64,000 bases of DNA, from the sequence record OR770614.1; one strand, 5' to 3'. This document shows, piece after piece, positions 1-9,054 of this stretch (positions within the stretch are counted from its first letter, which is position 1; the number at the start of each line of letters is the position of its first letter). The translations under genes were made by a program, and so were the position numbers. The notes under the pieces were generated by a model. It searched no databases. It was not told where the DNA came from and saw only the letters and a list, made by a program, of their open reading frames with translations.

Positions 1-255
1 GAGACAAATGGTGAATTTAATGAATATAAGGCAGGTCAAGTATTTTCTTCTGGTCCTTCTATAGTATTTATTATAGATAAGAATACTTATAATCAAATTG
101 AAAAATTAAAAATTGCTTTTATAGATGGATTACCTAATCTAGTTGTAAAAGACGAAGAAGAATTTGAAGAAATTGAAGATCAAGAAACTCCTGAAGAAAA
201 AGAAATTCGTGAATTACAAGAAAAATTAGCTGCTTTAATGGCTGGTAGAAAATAA
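1..255 (+). CDS. 3' end of a hypothetical protein (partial, runs off window start)
   Basis: Open frame from position 1 to TAA at 253-255 (ETNGEFNEY...LAALMAGRK); next gene's RBS (GGAGG) follows. Confidence 0.7.
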   Translation, partial: ETNGEFNEYKAGQVFSSGPSIVFIIDKNTYNQIEKLKIAFIDGLPNLVVKDEEEFEEIEDQETPEEKEIRELQEKLAALMAGRK

Positions 256-274
256 TTTAGGAGGAATTTTAATT

Positions 275-748
275 ATGAATTTAACTAAAAAATCTTTTAT
301 TGTAACATTCCATGCTACTTTAGTAGCTAAAGGTGTGTTAGAATTAGAAGAAGTATCTGAAGGTAATGAATTAAAATCATTAGTTGAAGAAGTTTTAAAT
401 GAAGTTGGTTTTGGAGAAGTAACAGAATCATCTGAATCTTATGATCCTTATGATAGCAGTGGTCCTGTTAAAATGTATGGACCGGGAAGTAATGGAGTTT
501 GGGTAACTTCATCTACTGAACAACCTTTAGAAAAACCTAATTATGAATACTCTGATGCTGAACCGGTTCCTTCAAAACCTGAAAATACACCTGTTGAAGC
601 TGAGATCGATCCGATTGACGAAGAACATCGTGTAGAAGGTTTTAATGAAGATTCAGAAGTTCAAGGTATTGGTAGAGCTACTGAAGTTGAACCTCAAGAA
701 GATTCTGAAAATGCAGATTCTGCTCGTGGAGGAATTTTACCTCAATAA
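275..748 (+). CDS. Hypothetical acidic protein, probably late/virion-associated
   Basis: 157 aa ORF with GGAGG RBS and E/D/P-rich C-terminal half. Confidence 0.6.
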   Translation: MNLTKKSFIVTFHATLVAKGVLELEEVSEGNELKSLVEEVLNEVGFGEVTESSESYDPYDSSGPVKMYGPGSNGVWVTSSTEQPLEKPNYEYSDAEPVPSKPENTPVEAEIDPIDEEHRVEGFNEDSEVQGIGRATEVEPQEDSENADSARGGILPQ

Positions 749-775
749 TAGAGTTCATTAAGTTAATAAAAATAG

Positions 776-787
776 AACAAATATATA
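776..787 (+). promoter_or_regulatory. Candidate late promoter AACA-N6-TA
   Basis: AACA AATATA TA matches the AR9 non-virion RNAP consensus; the motif is short and common in AT-rich DNA. Confidence 0.35.
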
Positions 788-903
788 TGAAAGTTATTTA
801 CATAGTATTTAGCTTTCATACTAACTTTTTCTTTGTTCTTTTCTGAGTTGACTCTATAAAGCTTTATTCTTTTTCTATTAATTTTTGGCAAAGTCTTCAA
901 AAT

Positions 904-940
904 GTCCTAACAATCTCAATGGTTGTTAGGACTATTTATT
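904..940 (+). terminator. Rho-independent terminator-like hairpin
   Basis: GTCCTAACAATC-TCAAT-GGTTGTTAGGAC stem followed by TATTTATT. Confidence 0.55.
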
Positions 941-984
941 TGCAAGTAGATCAAATCTATCATAACTCTTGTTCATTCTATTGG

Positions 985-996
985 AACAATGATTTA
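985..996 (+). promoter_or_regulatory. Candidate late promoter AACA-N6-TA upstream of the lysis cassette
   Basis: AACA ATGATT TA, 44 nt before the ATG at 1040. Confidence 0.4.
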
Positions 997-1039
997 TAAA
1001 TAAATTAATTAAATAGAAGAAAGGAAGGTAATTTATAAA

Positions 1040-1546
1040 ATGGAAAATAGTAAAAATAAAAATATTGTAGAAGATAAAAATGAAATTGACATTAATAATG
1101 ATACTAATGAAAATCTAATTGTAAAAATATACTACTATATTAAGCAATTTAAATTTTATTTAACGCCAATTTTCCTTTCTATTTACGCAATAATTTACGG
1201 TATCCAATTTGTTTTTAGAACTAGAGAAGCGTATAGGACATCTGAAATATATATTGCGTTATCAAAATTTATGGATTTGCAAATATACGGTGTATTTTTA
1301 TTAGTTTCGGGTTTTTGTATAGGTATTTCATTATTTTTAAATAAATATATAGGAAGACCTTTTTTAATTGTTGGTTCATTTATATCTTTTGTATTATTCT
1401 TCATATACGCATTTATATCTTTAGATACTGCAGGAATGCAATCTACTATGATTATTCGAATTGTATTTTCTTTTGTTAACTTATTCTTAGCAATATTTAC
1501 ATTTTTAGAAATGAAAGTTGAGAATATTATAGATGACCGAAAATAA
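1040..1546 (+). CDS. Multi-pass membrane protein (about 4 TM), lysis-cassette associated
   Basis: Four hydrophobic segments; overlaps the next gene; lies two genes upstream of the holin. Confidence 0.6.
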   Translation: MENSKNKNIVEDKNEIDINNDTNENLIVKIYYYIKQFKFYLTPIFLSIYAIIYGIQFVFRTREAYRTSEIYIALSKFMDLQIYGVFLLVSGFCIGISLFLNKYIGRPFLIVGSFISFVLFFIYAFISLDTAGMQSTMIIRIVFSFVNLFLAIFTFLEMKVENIIDDRK

Positions 1547-2081
1547 ACATTTCCAAAATAACAAAAATATAACAGAATTAGACTTATATAAAGTTAATAA
1601 TTCTTTAAAAGAGGAAATAGAAGAAAAATTCGATAAAAAAATTGAAGATATAAAAACAGACAATGTTAAAACTAATAGTACTTTAGTGAGAGTTGAAGTA
1701 TTATTAGAAAATATGGGAAAAAATACAGAAGAGATTAGAAAAGAAATGAAAGAAGATCGTGCAGTCAGAAAATTAGAAGAAGAAGATAGAATTAGAAGGC
1801 ACAATGATTTAGAAAAACAAATAATGTCTGTCAAAGATGAATTGAATGATAATGTAGAGACTGTAGAGAGAAAACTTAGTGATGAAATCAAAGAAGTTAA
1901 ATTAGGATTAGATACAAAACTTAATATTGATGATTTCGAGACTAAATTTGATGATATAGAAAAAGCTGAAAATGATAGTGACAAAGAGACCAAAGCTTTT
2001 AGACGTAATGCTTCTTTAACTATACTAACGGTATTACTATCACCTTCAGTTGTTTTATATTTAATCCAAAAATTTTGGTAA
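1533..2081 (+). CDS. Coiled-coil protein with C-terminal membrane anchor (holin-adjacent)
   Basis: K/E-rich heptad region followed by a hydrophobic tail (LTILTVLLSPSVVLYLI). Confidence 0.6.
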   Translation: MTENKHFQNNKNITELDLYKVNNSLKEEIEEKFDKKIEDIKTDNVKTNSTLVRVEVLLENMGKNTEEIRKEMKEDRAVRKLEEEDRIRRHNDLEKQIMSVKDELNDNVETVERKLSDEIKEVKLGLDTKLNIDDFETKFDDIEKAENDSDKETKAFRRNASLTILTVLLSPSVVLYLIQKFW

Positions 2082-2091
2082 CAATAATATA
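2080..2091 (+). promoter_or_regulatory. Candidate late promoter AACA-N6-TA directly upstream of the holin
   Basis: AACA ATAATA TA overlapping the stop codon of the previous gene. Confidence 0.35.
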
Positions 2092-2108
2092 GAAAGTAGG
2101 AAAATTTA

Positions 2109-2633
2109 ATGGCAAAGAATTTAAAAGTAGGTAAAGATAAATATATTAATGTAGCTTTAAGATTTAAAAATACTACTTGGACAGCAGCATTATTAGTTCA
2201 AATTGTAAACTTTGTAATTTTTATGATTAGAGCATTTGGTGGGAATGTTTCAGGTAGTACTGAAGAAAATATAGGTAGTATTATTCAAGTTGCAGCAATG
2301 GCCATTTCAAGTATAGTAGGTAGATTTATGGATCCTACAACTAGTGGAACAGCAGACTCTGAACGTAACTTAGCTAAAACTCGATTAACTACAAATGATG
2401 AAAAATCTCTTCAAGCAATGGATTATGATGGTTCAGTTTTACCTCCAGTTAAACCTTTTTTGGAGCAAAACAACAACCAAGAAACTACAAACTTGCAAAA
2501 CAATCAAAATTCCAATGAAAGTAATTTTGGTGGTGGATCAGTAGGTAATGAAACTATTGATAATGAAGTTAATATAGATTCTAATTACAATCCAGAAATA
2601 TTTGGTGGAGGATCTTCTTCTGAAGATAATTAA
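2109..2633 (+). CDS. Holin, phiLC3 family, with an acidic/Asn-rich C-terminal extension
   Basis: INVALRFKNTTW...two TM segments...DPTTSGTADSERNL matches the phiLC3 holin signature (INWKVRxKN...DPTTxGxxDSxxAL). Confidence 0.85.
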   Translation: MAKNLKVGKDKYINVALRFKNTTWTAALLVQIVNFVIFMIRAFGGNVSGSTEENIGSIIQVAAMAISSIVGRFMDPTTSGTADSERNLAKTRLTTNDEKSLQAMDYDGSVLPPVKPFLEQNNNQETTNLQNNQNSNESNFGGGSVGNETIDNEVNIDSNYNPEIFGGGSSSEDN

Positions 2634-2655
2634 AAATCAATAATAAATATAATTT

Positions 2656-2691
2656 ACGGTAACGCTCTTAACTGAGTGTTACCGTTATTTT
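2656..2691 (+). terminator. Rho-independent terminator after the holin
   Basis: ACGGTAACGCTC-TTAACT-GAGTGTTACCGT followed by TATTTT. Confidence 0.8.
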
Positions 2692-2762
2692 ATAAAAATT
2701 TTTAATACATATATAACGTTAATATTATAAATTAATGTGTTACTTAGAAAGGGAGTTTAGGG

Positions 2763-3392
2763 GTGGCAAAAAAGAAAAAAGAAGTTCCTAAAAAGATACT
2801 AGATAAAATTGAAGAAGCTAAAAAATGTAATATAAATATGAATAAAAAAGAAAATTCTATTATAATAAATATTGAAGACCATGAAGTTTATCAATACTTA
2901 AGACACCGTAGAAATGGTTATAGAATGTATGATCCTCTACATGCTTATAAAAAAGTATTAGAAGATATGTTTAAAAATTTATTAATAATAAATGATGATA
3001 TAAATGAATTAGTTAAAGAAAATTTCGATAATGCGATAGATATAACTTTAATAGTAGAATGTAATCCAGTTAACAATACAGATTCTATTAAAAAAATATT
3101 ATATAAATTATTGGGTAAAGTTTTTAGAGTTAAAACGCCTGATACAGATAATTTTCAAAAAACTATATTCGATATTATGAATGATATATTTTGGAAAGAT
3201 GATGCACAAATTGTTAAAATTAATGCAGAGAAAAAATACTCATATGATTTTAAAGATAAGACTTACATAAAACTGACTTATCATGAAGATCATAAAGATT
3301 ATGAAAAAGGTTCATTAACTAAAGAAGAAAAAGAGCAATATAAAGAATTAATAGAAAAAATTAAAATGTATAAAGAAAGAGGTATTTTATAA
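2763..3392 (+). CDS. rusA: RusA-family Holliday junction resolvase
   Basis: KTPDTDNFQKTIFDIMNDIFWKDDAQIVKINAEKKYS matches the RusA catalytic motif (PDxDNxxK..D...DDxQ); GTG start. Confidence 0.85.
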   Translation: MAKKKKEVPKKILDKIEEAKKCNINMNKKENSIIINIEDHEVYQYLRHRRNGYRMYDPLHAYKKVLEDMFKNLLIINDDINELVKENFDNAIDITLIVECNPVNNTDSIKKILYKLLGKVFRVKTPDTDNFQKTIFDIMNDIFWKDDAQIVKINAEKKYSYDFKDKTYIKLTYHEDHKDYEKGSLTKEEKEQYKELIEKIKMYKERGIL

Positions 3393-3393
3393 A

Positions 3394-3909
3394 ATGGCTG
3401 AAATGAAAAATAGTAGAGATGTATTAATCGGAGAAGAAAAAGATATTAGAGATTTACAATTATTAATGAGAATTAGAAATAATATTATGAATTATGTAGA
3501 TGTAGAAAATACAATTGATATTATTCGAGATGTAATTAATGATTCTGAAAACTTTAGCTTTAGATCTAAACAAGCTGAAAAATTTATTGATGTTAAAAAA
3601 CCTGTATTTGTTATTAAATTAGATGATAGTGAACTATCTGCTAAGAATAAACAAAGCTTTGAAGGTAGTGAAAGTGATTATCAAAGTTATATAGATAATT
3701 ATGAAAAAGATGTAGCTGATAAGCTTGATAGAGAAGTTTTAAAATATATAGGTAAAGCTATTTTTGATTCTATTAAAGATGATAGTGAATTAGATAGATT
3801 ATTAAAAGATAATGAGCTAGAAATGAAAGATTTAATGATTACAAATATTTATGTGTATAAATTATCAGATCCTTATACTAATGCAATCAATCTTTCATTA
3901 TTTATTTAA
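3394..3909 (+). CDS. Hypothetical protein
   Basis: 171 aa ORF immediately following rusA. Confidence 0.6.
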   Translation: MAEMKNSRDVLIGEEKDIRDLQLLMRIRNNIMNYVDVENTIDIIRDVINDSENFSFRSKQAEKFIDVKKPVFVIKLDDSELSAKNKQSFEGSESDYQSYIDNYEKDVADKLDREVLKYIGKAIFDSIKDDSELDRLLKDNELEMKDLMITNIYVYKLSDPYTNAINLSLFI

Positions 3910-3935
3910 TACATGAATACTATTAAAACTAGTAA

Positions 3936-3947
3936 AACATTCTCTTA
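3936..3947 (+). promoter_or_regulatory. Candidate late promoter AACA-N6-TA upstream of the tail protein
   Basis: AACA TTCTCT TA, 41 nt before the ATG at 3989. Confidence 0.4.
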
Positions 3948-3988
3948 TAATAATAAAAATAAGAGCGAAAGTTTGGTGAATATTCATA

Positions 3989-6985
3989 ATGGAAGATAAA
4001 GATAAAAATCTCTTACAAATAAGTGAAGAGATGAATTCTATTAAGTCTAAGATAAATTCTTTAGTTCAAGATCAAGATAGTATTAAGAATTTATCAGAAG
4101 ATAATAAGAATAAGATTAATGTACTTAATGAAAATCTGGATAATATTGATAAAGAAAATGATAACTTAATAGAAAAATTAAGAAATTTAGATGGTAGTCA
4201 TGATATTGATTTAGATCTTTCTAATTATGTTACACTTGATACACTTAAAACAGAATTAAGAAAATATCAAAAATTAAGTATTGACTATATTGATAGATTA
4301 GCTGAAGGTGGTTGGGATTCTGATATTAAAGGTAATTTAGAAAACCTTAATGGCAGAGTCTCAGCTAATGAAGAATCAATTTCTTCAACTATGTCTAAAG
4401 TTAATAAATATGATTCAACTATTCAATACTTAAGCACTAAGGTTGAACAAACAGCTGAGTCTATTAAGAGTATTGCTACTGATTACACACTTAATGAAAT
4501 TAATCAAAGTATTACTAAATTAGAATCATTTAGAGAACAAACAGCTAGAGTTTTACAAGATACAGTTACTAGAGCTGATATAGATACTATGAATAATAAA
4601 GTAACTGAATTTGAAAGTCAAGTATCTCAGTTTGCAGATTTAATAGAACAGACTGTTTCTAAATCAGAAATTGACGGAATTACTATTGGTGGTAAAAACT
4701 TACTAGAAAATTCATTAGCTATTAAAGGTAATTGGTTATTATACCCTGAAAGTTTATCTTCAACTAAAGAGAATGCTTTAACATTTGGTCAAGATAATAA
4801 CGGTAAGAGTTATTTTACTATTAATACCGATGGAATAGAAGGAGAAGTTGGAACTATAAGCTATAATTCTTTCCCTTTAAAATATAATGAAACTTATACT
4901 ATTTCATTTGATTTTAGATCAGATACATTTAATAGACTTGATCATTGTTACTTCATTGATCCTTCAGGTAATTATACTACACCTATTGCTGAAAAATATT
5001 TAGATATTGATGAAGAATGGCATAGATACTCATTTGTATATAAACAAACTTTAACTGGAAGAAATAGTACAAAATTATTAATTGGTGTAGATACTGATTT
5101 AAATCAATTAAATGGTACATTTGATATATCTAGTGTTAAAGTTGAAAGAGGTAGTGTATCATCTGACTGGACTCCTGCTCCAGAAGACTTTGATAATATG
5201 TTAGAGAATTATAATAAAGATATCAATAATAAAATAGATAATATTGAAGAAAATGCTATTGGGTTAGGTGATACTGTTACTGAAGCTTTTAAAGATGGTA
5301 TTATATCTAATGCAGAAAAAATAGCTATTGAAAAGCAAAAGAATATTATTGATAAAGATAAAAAAGAAATAGATCAAATATTTAATTCATTATATGCAAA
5401 TAAAATGATGACAAATAGTGTTAAAACTGAATTGAAAAATAATTATGATTTATTCAATGAAAAATATAATATATTACTACAAGATATAACTAATACAATT
5501 TCAGATGGAATAGCTACTAAAGAAGAAGTAGCTCAATTTAATACAAATTTCTTAAGATATAATGAAGCTCAATCAAATATTAAATCATCTATTCAAAAGG
5601 CAGTAGATAATATTTCTAATGGCTATGCAGTTGATGAAGCTAGTAAAATCACTGTAGGTGGAATGAACTTAGTAAGTTATGAAAATATTTTAGCTATAGG
5701 ATCTGCAACTCTAAATAAGAATACTTATAAAGAGAACGGTGAAATGAATGTAGCTTTAACTGCTAATGGACAAGGTATTAAATTTAAATTAGATAAAGTG
5801 AGAAATAGACGTGAACATGTATTAGGTTTTAATTTAGAAAAGAAAACTGGTACACTTACAAATGTTGATATTAATATTCCTAATGCTTCTGTAACTTCTT
5901 GTTCTGTTAATGGTAATAAAATTGGAAGTGATTCTAGAAGTATTACATTTAACGATACATCATCATTGACATTTATTGAAGTTGTATTTATACCTAATGA
6001 CAGTTTCACAACTAATACTCCTACAGAAATCGTTATTAATCGTAATGGCACATTCCCATTATCTGTAGATGTAGAAGGGTTAAAAGTGGAAGAAGGTAAT
6101 AAAGCTACTGCTTGGCAACCTTCTATTAAAGACAGTAATGCTAGAATTACTAATATGGAAAGTAGAATTAGTCAGAATGAAAAGAATATAGATTTAAGTG
6201 TAACTAAAGAAACGTACAATGCAGATAAATCTAAAATGGAAAAAATGGGATCAGCTTTATCTATTTTAGCAGATGGTATTAGTATGTCATCTTCATCTAA
6301 TGATAAATTGTCTTCTTTTGATATTGATCCTAATAGCATTAAATTAAAATCTAAAATGGTTGATATTAATGATGGCGATGTAATAATTTCTAATGGTAAA
6401 GCTACTATTAAAGAAGCTTCTATTACTAATTTAATGTCTAAAAATATAGTTGTCCAAACTATGTTAGATGCAATGGGTGAAGTTAAAGGTGGTATTACTA
6501 TTAAACGTCCTGATGGAGGTTACTTAGTATATAATGGTATGCCAAGATTTACTACAGCTTATGTGCGTTCTGAACCAGGTGTGCAAGATTTAATGTCTAA
6601 TGGTACTCCTAGATTTAAGAATGTTGGTAATGCATTTATGTTTAGTGATAAGACTACCGGTAAATACTTCAGACGTGCTATGACAATGTATGGTCAACAT
6701 GAAACTAGATGGTTGCATATAGGTATTTGGTATGCTACTCCTCAATGTGGTATTGATATTAAAGTAGATTCATTTAATGACCAAAATGGAGTATTCTTTG
6801 ATAAAACTGTGTCTATACCTAAAGATACGTCAACTAGTGTAACTAAGACAAAACATAAAGAAATTATTGTAGATATGGGTATTCCAGCACAATCTATAGC
6901 TTCTATAGCAATTCGTGCAAGAGTTAAACCTGGTCAAAAAGGTAATGCTTGGATTCTTAACTCATATGTTTATGGTAGAAACTAA
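3989..6985 (+). CDS. Tail fibre / receptor-binding protein with two carbohydrate-binding-like modules
   Basis: Coiled-coil N-terminus; two modules bounded by GGKNLLENS...KVERGSVSSDWTPAPED and GGMNLVSYEN...KVEEGNKATAWQPSIKD, typical of Firmicutes phage host-specificity tail proteins. Confidence 0.75.
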   Translation: MEDKDKNLLQISEEMNSIKSKINSLVQDQDSIKNLSEDNKNKINVLNENLDNIDKENDNLIEKLRNLDGSHDIDLDLSNYVTLDTLKTELRKYQKLSIDYIDRLAEGGWDSDIKGNLENLNGRVSANEESISSTMSKVNKYDSTIQYLSTKVEQTAESIKSIATDYTLNEINQSITKLESFREQTARVLQDTVTRADIDTMNNKVTEFESQVSQFADLIEQTVSKSEIDGITIGGKNLLENSLAIKGNWLLYPESLSSTKENALTFGQDNNGKSYFTINTDGIEGEVGTISYNSFPLKYNETYTISFDFRSDTFNRLDHCYFIDPSGNYTTPIAEKYLDIDEEWHRYSFVYKQTLTGRNSTKLLIGVDTDLNQLNGTFDISSVKVERGSVSSDWTPAPEDFDNMLENYNKDINNKIDNIEENAIGLGDTVTEAFKDGIISNAEKIAIEKQKNIIDKDKKEIDQIFNSLYANKMMTNSVKTELKNNYDLFNEKYNILLQDITNTISDGIATKEEVAQFNTNFLRYNEAQSNIKSSIQKAVDNISNGYAVDEASKITVGGMNLVSYENILAIGSATLNKNTYKENGEMNVALTANGQGIKFKLDKVRNRREHVLGFNLEKKTGTLTNVDINIPNASVTSCSVNGNKIGSDSRSITFNDTSSLTFIEVVFIPNDSFTTNTPTEIVINRNGTFPLSVDVEGLKVEEGNKATAWQPSIKDSNARITNMESRISQNEKNIDLSVTKETYNADKSKMEKMGSALSILADGISMSSSSNDKLSSFDIDPNSIKLKSKMVDINDGDVIISNGKATIKEASITNLMSKNIVVQTMLDAMGEVKGGITIKRPDGGYLVYNGMPRFTTAYVRSEPGVQDLMSNGTPRFKNVGNAFMFSDKTTGKYFRRAMTMYGQHETRWLHIGIWYATPQCGIDIKVDSFNDQNGVFFDKTVSIPKDTSTSVTKTKHKEIIVDMGIPAQSIASIAIRARVKPGQKGNAWILNSYVYGRN

Positions 6986-6992
6986 TATTTAA

Positions 6993-7472
6993 TTGGAAAG
7001 GAGCTTGAATATTTTGTCAGAAGAAAAGAATGAAGAAAAAATTATGATGGATTTAGCAGTAACAGTGGACAATGAAGGAAATATACTTGATTATGAAACT
7101 TTACAATATGAAGATGAACCTACAACTCTTCATCTAAAAACTAAAATTCCTTTCATTTATCAAGATCAAATTGATAAGTTTTATGTATATATGGAAGGTT
7201 TTAAACCAGTAGTTAAATTAAAAGAAAATGAAACTATTGATGAGAACAGATTAATGTCAGAAGAAGAAGCAGAATCATATTTACAAAGGAAAAAAGAAAG
7301 AGTTAAGCACATGAATATGATGAGCGAAGAATTATCTAAAGGTGTAGATACTAATTTTAGTGGAACTTATGGTGGAGATGATTTCAAAGCAACTGGAGAT
7401 AAGACAAATCCTTTAGATGGTCTTGATGCTTTTGGTAGAAGACAAACTGATAATACTGATTATTTTAGATAA
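6993..7472 (+). CDS. Hypothetical protein, possibly a tail-fibre partner/chaperone
   Basis: 159 aa ORF with TTG start, 7 nt after the tail gene; function inferred from position only. Confidence 0.5.
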   Translation: MERSLNILSEEKNEEKIMMDLAVTVDNEGNILDYETLQYEDEPTTLHLKTKIPFIYQDQIDKFYVYMEGFKPVVKLKENETIDENRLMSEEEAESYLQRKKERVKHMNMMSEELSKGVDTNFSGTYGGDDFKATGDKTNPLDGLDAFGRRQTDNTDYFR

Positions 7473-7488
7473 AAAAAATGCGGTAATA

Positions 7489-7530
7489 ATCCCCTAACCT
7501 TATTAATTTAAGGTTAGGGGATATATTTTT
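7489..7530. terminator. Probably bidirectional terminator between the convergent + and - blocks
   Basis: Perfect 14-bp stem ATCCCCTAACCTTA-TTAATT-TAAGGTTAGGGGAT; T-rich on the right. Confidence 0.8.
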
Positions 7531-7539
7531 AAATTTTAA

Positions 7540-8154
7540 TTATCCAAAGATACGATCTAATGATTCTTCTAATGATTCGTTTGTGCTTTCTTCATCTTCT
7601 GAATCTTCTTCTTCGTCTTCATCTTCTTTAGTAATTTTATCTACATCTTCTTCAGGTTTTTCTTTAGAATCTGGAGATTTTTCTGAATTCATTTTGTTAG
7701 CTTTAGTTGTTTGTTTCTCAACATCCATTTCAGGTTTTTCATTTTCTTCGAATAGACGTTCTAATTCTTCTTCTAATGAATCTTCATCATCTTCAGAATC
7801 TTCATCTTCGTCTTCTTCTAATTCATCATCTTCTTCAGAATCATCTTCTTCAGACTCTTCAACTGAATCTTCATCATCTTCTTCAGAATCATCTTCTTCA
7901 GACTCTTCAACTGAATCTTCATCATCTTCTTCAGAATCATCTTCATCAGCTGATTCAATGATACTTTCGAATTGTTCTTCTACTGAAGTTTCTTCATCAT
8001 CTTCTTCAGATTTTGTTTCAGAATCTTCTTTAGATTTACTTTCGTCTTCATCTGCTGATTCAATGATACTTTCGAATTGTTCTTCAAGAGCTTCTTCCTG
8101 AGCTTGTTCGAAAAGTTGTTCTAACTCTTCTTGAATTGCATTTTGTTTTTCCAT
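7540..8154 (-). CDS. Extremely acidic, low-complexity protein with repeated LEExLExLF-type motifs
   Basis: 204 aa, mostly E/D/S; strong AAGGAG RBS upstream. Confidence 0.75.
   Translation of the reverse strand: MEKQNAIQEELEQLFEQAQEEALEEQFESIIESADEDESKSKEDSETKSEEDDEETSVEEQFESIIESADEDDSEEDDEDSVEESEEDDSEEDDEDSVEESEEDDSEEDDELEEDEDEDSEDDEDSLEEELERLFEENEKPEMDVEKQTTKANKMNSEKSPDSKEKPEEDVDKITKEDEDEEEDSEDEESTNESLEESLDRIFG
7823..7944. repeat. 48-nt tandem repeat (about 2.5 copies) inside the acidic gene
   Basis: tcatcatcttcttcagaatcatcttcttcagactcttcaactgaatct at 7823-7870 and 7871-7918, plus a partial third copy. Confidence 0.9.
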
Positions 8155-8342
8155 AATAAGTAATTCTCCTTTTTCAAAATATTTATATAATGATATAAAA
8201 ATTATGTTTTGTTATTTTTCTAAATACGTGTACAGATTAATAAAAAATTGTTCATATTAATCTAAAAAATACAATTTCTGATAAAAAAAATAAATCACAT
8301 ATCTTAAAATTAATTAAGATATGTGAATGTTATTAATAAACA

Positions 8343-9041
8343 TTAAATAAATGCATTTTTAATTTTTGCTTTTCTTTCTATATCTTTGAATTCATCTTCT
8401 TCTATAAAATCAAAATTATAATTAGACATTAATGCATAAGTCAATGTATTAAAAATAGGACTTTTCTTACAATATTCTTCTCCTAAATTACTTATCAAAT
8501 CTATTATAGAACAAGTGTCTTCATCATTATAATTCTTTATATTAATTATTATTCTATCTCGTTTTCTATTTTTAGGTTTACTTAATGTAAATATATAGGT
8601 ATACTTATCCCTTAAATATTTTATTTCTTTATGAATATTTTTTATTAATAATTCAGCTTGTTCTTTTTGTTCTTTATTACTAATCATGAATTCAAAGCTC
8701 ATATTTAATAATGCTCTTTCATCATTAGGATTATAAGGTCTATTGTAATTACTTTTATATAACACTATATTTAAAAAGCCTTCATTGTTATAATAATCCA
8801 TATTATTATAATCATTTAAAGATTTCAGTATATCAACTATAGTTTCTTTATTTATAAAAGTTTTTAAATAATCTAAATGTTTATCACTTAATTTTACTGA
8901 TTTATTAAAATTGTTAATCATATTTGGTATTCTTAAATAAACTGGATTATCTTTATATAGATCACATAATTGATTAAAACTTAAAGGAATTACTCTAGGA
9001 CCTATTAGTTCTTTTTCTTTAAGTATTCTGATATTAATCAC
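8343..9041 (-). CDS. Hypothetical protein, C-terminal-tag family (divergent copy)
   Basis: Ends FIEEDEFKDIERKAKIKNAFI*. Confidence 0.7.
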   Translation of the reverse strand: MINIRILKEKELIGPRVIPLSFNQLCDLYKDNPVYLRIPNMINNFNKSVKLSDKHLDYLKTFINKETIVDILKSLNDYNNMDYYNNEGFLNIVLYKSNYNRPYNPNDERALLNMSFEFMISNKEQKEQAELLIKNIHKEIKYLRDKYTYIFTLSKPKNRKRDRIIINIKNYNDEDTCSIIDLISNLGEEYCKKSPIFNTLTYALMSNYNFDFIEEDEFKDIERKAKIKNAFI

Positions 9042-9054
9042 TTTCTTTCTATTA

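Noticed and set aside
1195-1993. - strand ORFs 1195-1404 and 1505-1993, plus similar short opposite-strand ORFs (5725, 9778, 16299, 16505, 18437, 18766, 19098, 20791, 21968, 22816, 23245, 33162, 34519, 47002, 51899, 53830, 58239, 58274, 59571, 63631)
   Set aside because: Overlap better-supported genes on the opposite strand, mostly in full; composition (F/L/S/I-rich) is what antisense reading of K/E/N-rich genes produces
7823-7944. Tandem repeat as a CRISPR array
   Set aside because: No unique spacers, in-frame coding repeat, no cas genes in the window
7583-8101. + strand poly-Ser ORF, and the 7707-7961 His/Leu/Gln-repeat ORF
   Set aside because: Antisense shadows of the GAA/GAT-rich acidic gene; no RBS, and the - strand gene has a strong one
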